The notes under the pieces were generated by a model. It worked only from the letters and a program-made list of their open reading frames with translations, did not search any database and had not been told where the DNA came from. The translations under genes were made by a program, and so were the position numbers. DNA of 32,000 bases from assembly GCF_001735745.1 (NCBI RefSeq), contig NZ_CP017260.1, forward strand, positions 2,340,001-2,372,000. Reading direction: 5' to 3'. Source of the stretch: Formosa sp. Hel1_33_131 (GTDB lineage: Bacteria; Bacteroidota; Bacteroidia; Flavobacteriales; Flavobacteriaceae). Positions 8,832 through 14,977 of this stretch are shown here, piece by piece (the stretch's first letter is position 1; every line of letters begins with the position of its first letter).

Positions 8832-8888
8832 ACGCACAACGGTCTTTGTAAAATGCGTTTTAATGCATCTTTACATATTGTTAGCTGC
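8832..8888 (-). repeat. attC-like junction element between the three-gene unit and the helicase unit
   Basis: Plus-strand layout: ACGCACAAC, 6-nt spacer, stem 8847-8856/8865-8875 (6 bp + 4 bp, with C8869 extrahelical), 4-nt spacer, GTTAGCTGC. Confidence 0.5.
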
Positions 8889-8904
8889 TGGTTTTTGTTT
8901 TTTT

Positions 8905-11058
8905 TTATTCATTTAGTTTTTGTTCGTCTCCGCAATATGGACAGAAAGCGAAGCCTTCGTCCAAGCGGTTGCTACATTTTGAGCAAAGCGTTATTTCCTC
9001 AATTACAGACTTAAATGGAATACTAGTCTTGAAAGTAAAATTATCTGGAATCTCTTTTAGAAAACTCGATTCATTTCCTTTTTCTGTAATAAGAAACAGG
9101 TCGTCTTTTGCTCTTGTGATTGCTACATAAAAAAGTCGTCTTTCTTCTTCAAGTAACAGGTCGTGATTCGATTCTTTGATAACTTGATAAATTCTGTCCT
9201 CCATCCAAATGTCAGGAAATCCTCCACCTCCTTCTGTCAAACCGATAATAAAGACTGCTTTTGCTTCAAGTCCTTTTGAAGCGTGAATTGTTTTGCCTGA
9301 AACAAATACTCGTTCTTGTTTGAATCTTTCAAAATATGGACTGTACATTTTACTTCTGCGATAGAGAAATAGAATATCCTCTTTCGTGTAGCCTTTTTCT
9401 TTTAGCTTGTGTACTTGGTCAAGCACATATTCAATGTTTTCAGCTTCATTTTTCCCTGAATATATGTGAATCTTGCTACTTGACTTTTTATTGGACTGAA
9501 CATTTTTATTTACCTTGAATTTGTTATGCTTGATTACTTCATTACTTGCACCAACAATATGTTCGGTGCTTCTGTAATTCATACTCAATTTTATAGTTTC
9601 GGAATCCTTAAAATGCTTCTTGAAATTTACAATGTAATCTACATTTGAACCTCTGAATCCATATATGCTTTGCCAATCATCTCCAACGCAGAAAAGTTGG
9701 TTTTTAGCTGTCAACAGAAGTTTAATTAATTCCACTTGCAGGTTGTTTACATCTTGAAATTCATCTACTAGAATATATTCATATTTACCTCTGAACTTAT
9801 CTGCTATTTCATTATGATTTTTAAATAGCGAAATGGTCTTTGTAATCATATCGTTGAAGTCGAGATATGATTTGTTGGTGCAATACGATTGATATTGTTC
9901 TATTGCAGGAATGGCAAGTTTGTAAAAATCTCTAACTCGTTCGTGTTGGTCTTTTTGTGATTGTTCTAAAACCATTTTTGTTGGTATATTCTCCACTTTT
10001 ATCATATCAATTACACGCATAGTTTGGCGTAAAAAGTCTTTTACTTCTTTGTGGTAAGAGTTAAATTCCTCCTCAAAAGACAGGGCAGTAGAGAAGTGGT
10101 AATTTGAAGGAAGTCTATTTTTTACAATTCGCTCTAAAACCAAATTAAACAGCGCTGTATCTTTTGTTTGGTGCTCAAATGTTTTTACAAGTAGTTTGTT
10201 TGCTTTGTTAAACTGTTGTTCTTTGCCTTTAGTTGGATAACTTTTTTGGCTTACGTGTTCTAAGTACAGATTGGCTTCTGGAATGAAAAAATCTGGTCTA
10301 AAATCAAAATCTCTGAAATTCACATTAGGTTCATACTCGAACTTGATACTGTGGCGATAAAGCCAATCAGCAATATATTGTTCAGATTTTGAACGAACCT
10401 TAGTTCCGTTTAATGTTGTGTAAAATTTACCGTCCTTAGGTAAGGAAAGACGTTTGTCTTTTTCAATGTGGATTTTATCAATCATATAATCCAAAATGTA
10501 TCTTTTCAAGTTGAGCAGATACTCGTTGGATTCGCAGTTTTCGATTAGAATTTTATGAATGACTTCAAAAGCTGTTTCGGTAGCCGAATACTTTGCAAAT
10601 TCATCATCTGTAGCTTTTGTATCTCCAATAATTTTGAATTTGTTGTCAAATTCATTTACTCCAAAATTTCGGATAATGCCGTAGCAAAGACTATGAAAAG
10701 TCTTGAGCGTTAGGTTATCAATCCATTTGTACTTCTTGGTGAAAAAGTATCGTTCTGTATCTTTTTCTTTTGCAGTTCGATTTTTGTTTGCTAAAATTTC
10801 GACATATTCTTCTGTATCATCTGCTGAAATAATAAGCCTATCAAGCATTTCATTAGCGGCATTTTTAGTAAAAGTGATTGCCAAAATGTTGCTTGGATTT
10901 ACTCCCTTTTCTTCAATGAGATAAATTAGCTTTTGAAGTAAGGTTTTCGTTTTTCCCGAACCTGCTCCTGCAAGTACAAGAAGTCTTTTACATTCAGAAA
11001 CTACAGCTTGTCTCTGTTTTTCATTCAGTCCACTTAAATCAGTTTTGGTTTCCGTCAT
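8905..11058 (-). CDS. SF1 UvrD/Rep-like helicase with embedded restriction-endonuclease-fold-like insert and C-terminal zinc ribbon
   Basis: Helicase motifs I AGAGSGKT, Ia ILAITFTKNAANEM, II ILVDEFQDVN, III VGDDWQSIYGFRG, IV NYRS, V IHASKGLEAKAVFI, VI YVAITRAKDDLFL. The insert between Ia and II carries SKSEQYIADWL...FEYE...RPDFFIP...LYLEH. The C-terminus is CSKCSNRLDEGFAFCPYCG. Confidence 0.88.
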   Translation of the reverse strand: MTETKTDLSGLNEKQRQAVVSECKRLLVLAGAGSGKTKTLLQKLIYLIEEKGVNPSNILAITFTKNAANEMLDRLIISADDTEEYVEILANKNRTAKEKDTERYFFTKKYKWIDNLTLKTFHSLCYGIIRNFGVNEFDNKFKIIGDTKATDDEFAKYSATETAFEVIHKILIENCESNEYLLNLKRYILDYMIDKIHIEKDKRLSLPKDGKFYTTLNGTKVRSKSEQYIADWLYRHSIKFEYEPNVNFRDFDFRPDFFIPEANLYLEHVSQKSYPTKGKEQQFNKANKLLVKTFEHQTKDTALFNLVLERIVKNRLPSNYHFSTALSFEEEFNSYHKEVKDFLRQTMRVIDMIKVENIPTKMVLEQSQKDQHERVRDFYKLAIPAIEQYQSYCTNKSYLDFNDMITKTISLFKNHNEIADKFRGKYEYILVDEFQDVNNLQVELIKLLLTAKNQLFCVGDDWQSIYGFRGSNVDYIVNFKKHFKDSETIKLSMNYRSTEHIVGASNEVIKHNKFKVNKNVQSNKKSSSKIHIYSGKNEAENIEYVLDQVHKLKEKGYTKEDILFLYRRSKMYSPYFERFKQERVFVSGKTIHASKGLEAKAVFIIGLTEGGGGFPDIWMEDRIYQVIKESNHDLLLEEERRLFYVAITRAKDDLFLITEKGNESSFLKEIPDNFTFKTSIPFKSVIEEITLCSKCSNRLDEGFAFCPYCGDEQKLNE

Positions 11059-11788
11059 CTTTCAGATTTTGAGATTCATAAATTAGTCTTTGTCCATTAG
11101 ATTCTATTGAGCCTTTCCCTCTTTGGAAGCATTCAGAAAGTAGGTCAAGGTCATTTGTGTATTTGATAGCTTTGTTTAGAAGCTCTTTTTCCATATCAGT
11201 CCAAGATTCGTATGCTCTTGGGTGATTGATTCTTGCAATCTGAACGTATTCAGAAAGGTTTTCGGTCTTTTGAATTCCTAATTGGTCAACCTTTTCTTTT
11301 AGCTGATTAACAGCTTTTTCGGTGAGCTTATTGAATGTTTCTTTTTGAAAAAAGTCAATTTCCTTGTAAGGGTTGTTTTTTCGATTGTTTCTGTTGGTCA
11401 AGTTGTTGTCTGAAAGATATTGAGTGAAAAAATCTAAAAGCTGTCCTTTTTGGTAGAGATTCCGATACTTTCCATAGAGTTGATTTGAAACAAGAGTTTC
11501 ATTTTTGAATTTCCTTGTCCCAAGGAAGAAGCCAACTAATTTATTGGAAGTAGGGTTTTGCTCTTTTTCTTTAAATAAGTCAATTACGTTTTTAATTTCC
11601 AAATCGTCAATCTCAATTTCTGAAACTGGTTGTGGTTGATTTGTTTTTAGGTAGTCAATAGCAATTTGTAATGCTCGGATAACATCACGTTCATTTAAGA
11701 CACTTTCATTGTCAATCATTTCTCCTGTTGTGGGTGAACAACCTGAGACAAGGGCTTCTAATATTTCTATGGTTCTATTTATATCCAT
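11039..11788 (-). CDS. uncharacterised 249-aa partner of the helicase
   Basis: It overlaps the helicase start by 20 nt. The C-terminal RAYESWTDMEKELL...CFQRGKGSIESNGQRL resembles a SANT/Myb-like W-x3-E-x2-L helix-turn-helix. This assignment is weak and rests on the motif alone. Confidence 0.5.
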   Translation of the reverse strand: MDINRTIEILEALVSGCSPTTGEMIDNESVLNERDVIRALQIAIDYLKTNQPQPVSEIEIDDLEIKNVIDLFKEKEQNPTSNKLVGFFLGTRKFKNETLVSNQLYGKYRNLYQKGQLLDFFTQYLSDNNLTNRNNRKNNPYKEIDFFQKETFNKLTEKAVNQLKEKVDQLGIQKTENLSEYVQIARINHPRAYESWTDMEKELLNKAIKYTNDLDLLSECFQRGKGSIESNGQRLIYESQNLKDDGNQN

Positions 11789-11804
11789 TCGGTTTCTTCA
11801 ACTT

Positions 11805-11876
11805 GCAGCTAACGTTAAGTATATGAAGCGTTGCCTGCCGATAGGCGGCTATGATTTCATATACAGTGTTAGGCAC
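11805..11876 (-). repeat. attC-like junction element between the helicase unit and the Sel1-like unit
   Basis: Plus-strand layout: GCAGCTAAC, 5-nt spacer, 9-bp perfect stem 11819-11827/11856-11864 plus an inner GC stem around GATA, 3-nt spacer, GTTAGGCAC. On the minus strand the end boxes read GCCTAAC ... GTTAGCT. Confidence 0.6.
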
Positions 11877-11884
11877 TTTTTTTT

Positions 11885-12991
11885 TTAATTTTTTCTACTT
11901 TCATAATACTTATACACGACCGCCAATTCTTGCCAACGATTGTTTTCGAGCGAGTAAAAGCTAAAGCTTAGTTGAGTGTAATTCGTTCTATATCTTTTTT
12001 GGTCTAGAAAAAGAACTAGTGTACTATCTCTTAGGAAAATTGGTTTTGAGAAGGTATAAACGATAGAGCACATATTCTTTTCCTTTTCAGTTCCTAGTTT
12101 TTCAGTTTGGTCGAATGTATTTTGAATTTCTTGTGGACTATCAAGACGACTAGAGTAAGGAAATAGATGTTCTTCCCATTCGTGATTCGATAGCGTGCTT
12201 AATTCCTTTAAGATATAACTCTTTTCTTCAGCTGATAACTTTAAATTTTCAGTTTGTTTCCCTCTGTATAATGACCATAATTCAAATTCTTCAGTTGTCT
12301 CAATAGCTGATATCGTTGAATTGATTATTGATGTGTCTATGGACTTTGTATAATAGAGAGTGTCACACTCAAACCTTTCATATTTCCACCTTGATACCCA
12401 ATCTCTGTAAGGATCTTCCATCAGCTCTAATTTATTCTCAGGTATCTCAGACTTTTTGGATTTTTCATTACCCACATCAGGAATAGTAGCGTTGAATTCT
12501 TCAAGATTTATTTTGTCAAAGGTTTGCTTTTTTTCTTCTAGTATCTGCTTAGCTGATTGTAACTCCTCAGAAGACATATAAGCCTTGATTAAATATCTAG
12601 TGGTCGTTCCTTTTTGAATCGGGTCATAAGCAGCAGCAATTTCAGCCCAGACCAAAGCATCTACTTTATATTTTGGATTGGTTGAACTCTTTTCAAAATA
12701 CACAACAGATAATAATCCCATTGCTCTCCCAAACTCTTGATTTGCAGATTTAACTAAATACTGTTCAGCCAGTGAGTCATTTTTTATTTCTAATTCCTTA
12801 CTGTAATAACAAAATCCAACAATAAACTGGGCTACTTTATCACCTGAATTTGCATATGGCTGCATTATTTTAAAAGACTTCATGAATTGTTTCGAATCAA
12901 AAGCTTTCAGTCCTTTTTCAAACCTAGCATCTTGTGAAAATGTTATTGTTGATATGAAGCAAAATAATATTATTGATGTAAATTTTTTCAT
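11885..12991 (-). CDS. secreted protein with N-terminal Sel1-like repeats and an unknown C-terminal domain
   Basis: Signal peptide MKKFTSIILFCFISTITFSQ. Segments such as GDKVAQFIVGFCYY and EFGRAMGLLSVVYF are Sel1/TPR-like. Confidence 0.5.
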   Translation of the reverse strand: MKKFTSIILFCFISTITFSQDARFEKGLKAFDSKQFMKSFKIMQPYANSGDKVAQFIVGFCYYSKELEIKNDSLAEQYLVKSANQEFGRAMGLLSVVYFEKSSTNPKYKVDALVWAEIAAAYDPIQKGTTTRYLIKAYMSSEELQSAKQILEEKKQTFDKINLEEFNATIPDVGNEKSKKSEIPENKLELMEDPYRDWVSRWKYERFECDTLYYTKSIDTSIINSTISAIETTEEFELWSLYRGKQTENLKLSAEEKSYILKELSTLSNHEWEEHLFPYSSRLDSPQEIQNTFDQTEKLGTEKEKNMCSIVYTFSKPIFLRDSTLVLFLDQKRYRTNYTQLSFSFYSLENNRWQELAVVYKYYESRKN

Positions 12992-13063
12992 TGTATTTAA
13001 TTGTGCCTAACTAGTGTGTATATATCCCTTAGGTGTGCATATTTCCATTATATCCAGTGTTTT

Positions 13064-13102
13064 GTTCAACAATACATCCCGATTTGGCATGTATTGTTGA
13101 AC
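13064..13102. repeat. perfect 14-bp inverted repeat with 11-nt spacer
   Basis: GTTCAACAATACAT (13064-13077) and ATGTATTGTTGAAC (13089-13102), lying 73-111 bp upstream of the Sel1-like gene start. Confidence 0.7.
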
Positions 13103-13255
13103 GTTCTGTTTTATATAATTCATTTATATATTTTTTCATCTCACCCATTTTAGCAGTAAAAATCTAAGTCTATTGTTCATTATGATGCGTGCTACGCTAC
13201 TCGATTCGTTTTTAAAAAAACACATACACGCACCCGCTGTGTCATTCACAGTACA

Positions 13256-13329
13256 CTAATATCTTACTAAAAGGTTGAATTGGTTAAAATGAAGAATCAG
13301 ATTTGAGGTCTAAATCTGTCATAAATGTA
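13256..13329. repeat. direct repeat copy 1 (74 bp perfect; 85 bp with 2 mismatches over 13250-13334)
   Basis: Identical to 14446-14519 base by base. Contains a 7-bp stem / 7-nt loop hairpin at 13298-13318. Confidence 0.95.
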
Positions 13330-13347
13330 GTAAAGAAATTTTTCAAA

Positions 13348-13773
13348 TCAAACTTTCTCCTTTGTTTTTTTGATTTTAAACACAACATCTTTCTTAACCA
13401 ACTCATCAGATGCAGCAGGCTTTCTAAATTGCTCAACTTGAAGTGTTGATTGAAATTCAGGGATTTCAATTAAACTAATATTTAGTATTTGTTCAATTTT
13501 AGTAACAGTTTCTAATTGCAGGTTTTCAGTACCTTTCAATAGTTTGTTCACATATTGTGGTGAACAAACCATTGCTTCGGCTAATTCTTTTTGAGTTTTT
13601 GGAAACACATCAGCCGTTTTATTTGCTTTAAGAGCAGACATTATTCTGACAGCAATCGTAAAAGAAATATCTAGCCAAGTTTTATTTTCTTTACGGTATT
13701 TTGCTCTTTCAACCCAAGAGTTATCTTGTTTTGAGTTTTTTTCAAGTCTATTTTTTATGTTGCTCATACGCAT
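13348..13773 (-). CDS. XRE-family helix-turn-helix protein (antitoxin/regulator-like)
   Basis: QKELAEAMVCSPQYVNKLLKGTENLQLETVTKIEQIL is a canonical HTH_3 motif. Confidence 0.8.
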   Translation of the reverse strand: MRMSNIKNRLEKNSKQDNSWVERAKYRKENKTWLDISFTIAVRIMSALKANKTADVFPKTQKELAEAMVCSPQYVNKLLKGTENLQLETVTKIEQILNISLIEIPEFQSTLQVEQFRKPAASDELVKKDVVFKIKKTKEKV

Positions 13774-13792
13774 TTGAAATTATTAGATTATT

Positions 13793-14344
13793 TTAATTTA
13801 TTTCAACGAATTCTAAATGTTTGTTACCTTCATCCTGTAGGTGATTTCTTGTAAATTCTAATTTATACAGCTCTAAAATTAAATGATCTCTATTATTCAT
13901 TGTTTGTGTGAGTTTAATTGCTCCTCCGCAAACAACAAATAGATTGGCTTCAATTCTTATTGCATACATCCGAAGCCAACTGTGTCTTTTGATTCCTTTC
14001 GCTTTGTCTTTTTCAAATTTTCCGTAGATGTACCCTTTTGATAAAGGCTCAAATAAGGTTGATAATGTTTCAAGTCTTTCAGTTTTTCCAGTTTCTGCGA
14101 TGTATAATAATTCTTCTTCAAAAAGTTGAGCATCTTCTCTTGTTTTAATAATGGCATCTTCAATTGTTATGTCATTCCAAAACTTGTGCTCTAAATCTTC
14201 CTTGTGCTGCTCGAAAAACGCTCTTAAATAGATTGGATCGTTCCATAATTCAAAACATTTCGCAAATTCATTTAACATCTCAGTTTCATACTGAACTGAA
14301 TATAAACTGTCTTTTACTATTACAAATGTATTAATTATTTTCAC
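13793..14344 (-). CDS. hypothetical protein; the C-terminal half weakly resembles RelE/HigB/Gp49-type toxins
   Basis: 183 aa with a GTG start, 19 nt upstream of the HTH gene. HSWLRMYAIRIEANLFVVCGGAIKLTQTM resembles the beta-strand core of RelE-fold toxins. The N-terminal 100 aa are unassigned. Confidence 0.4.
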   Translation of the reverse strand: MKIINTFVIVKDSLYSVQYETEMLNEFAKCFELWNDPIYLRAFFEQHKEDLEHKFWNDITIEDAIIKTREDAQLFEEELLYIAETGKTERLETLSTLFEPLSKGYIYGKFEKDKAKGIKRHSWLRMYAIRIEANLFVVCGGAIKLTQTMNNRDHLILELYKLEFTRNHLQDEGNKHLEFVEIN

Positions 14345-14445
14345 TAAATCAACTTGTAGGTTTATTTTTTTTAATTTTATTGTTAGTTTTTACAAGATGC
14401 TTTTCACAAACAGGCATAAAAAAAGCTACTCTCAATTTGAGTACT

Positions 14446-14519
14446 CTAATATCTTACTAAAAGGTTGAATTGGTTAAAATGAAGAATCAGATTTGAGGTC
14501 TAAATCTGTCATAAATGTA
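14446..14519. repeat. direct repeat copy 2
   Basis: Identical to 13256-13329, offset 1190 bp. Lies 63 bp downstream of the DCC-family gene stop. Confidence 0.95.
14488..14508 (-). terminator. possible terminator hairpin of the mutS2-DCC transcription unit, inside repeat copy 2
   Basis: CAGATTT-N7-AAATCTG, followed on the minus strand by ATTCTTCATTTT. Confidence 0.3.
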
Positions 14520-14581
14520 TTAAAAATAATTTAATTGTAGTTAAAGTGAGTTGGGTTTTAACATTCGGGTGTTCAATACCA

Positions 14582-14977
14582 TCAATCCAAAAATCGTTCT
14601 TTTAAATCTGCTGTCGGAATCATACATTGGTCTTTTTTGCCAAACCATTTATAGCGATTGTTTGCAATAAATGTGTACACAGCATTTCTAAGAAATGACG
14701 GTAGGAGGTACCCAATTCTAAAAAAATGAAAACCGCCTCCTAAAGATTTACAAATTGCTAAAACGGCACTGCTTTTTGTAAAGAATTTTTTCCCATCCGA
14801 AAAGACGATGCTGTCTAAATCCGCACTGTTTACTAAGTCTTCAGGCAGAAAGGACTTCGCAAAATCACTCTGCAAAGATGCAAATTTTAAAAGGCCTTTT
14901 TTGTCTTGTTTTATGAGGAAATTCACACTGCGATTACAGAGGTTACAAACGCCATCAAAGAAAACAATTTTTTGCAT
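14582..14977 (-). CDS. DCC1-like thiol-disulfide oxidoreductase family protein (DUF393)
   Basis: N-terminal FDGVCNLCN motif; 131 aa; TAATG overlap with mutS2. Confidence 0.8.
   Translation of the reverse strand: MQKIVFFDGVCNLCNRSVNFLIKQDKKGLLKFASLQSDFAKSFLPEDLVNSADLDSIVFSDGKKFFTKSSAVLAICKSLGGGFHFFRIGYLLPSFLRNAVYTFIANNRYKWFGKKDQCMIPTADLKERFLD

Larger units (their letters stand above)
5082..13011 (-). mobile_element. integron-like cassette array with no integrase in the window (CALIN-like): four units, each with its own bracketing boxes
   Basis: Perfect inverted box pairs: 5082-5091/6768-6777, 6824-6832/8832-8840, 8880-8888/11805-11813 and 11868-11876/13003-13011. The units tile the region and are separated by hairpin junctions. 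Confidence 0.5.

Noticed and set aside
8829-10924. Plus-strand track ORFs 8829-9014, 9336-9518 and 10703-10924.
   Set aside because: They are antisense to the helicase gene or span its junction element, are Phe/Leu/Ser-rich as expected for AT-rich antisense frames, and have no start context.
13031-13150. 39-codon minus-strand ORF (MGEMKKYINELYKTERSTIHAKSGCIVEQNTGYNGNMHT) in the non-coding head of the array.
   Set aside because: It is short, has no recognisable motif, and its middle is simply the 14-bp inverted repeat. I treat it as non-coding.
13250-13334. Considered whether the 85-bp direct repeat is a tRNA or tmRNA 3' fragment (the usual att target) or an attC site.
   Set aside because: GGTTGAATTGG superficially recalls a T-arm but has no complementary stem, and the 7-bp hairpin loop lacks U33 and anticodon-loop features. 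The repeat is not an overall imperfect palindrome and has no AAC...GTT terminal boxes, so neither interpretation holds.
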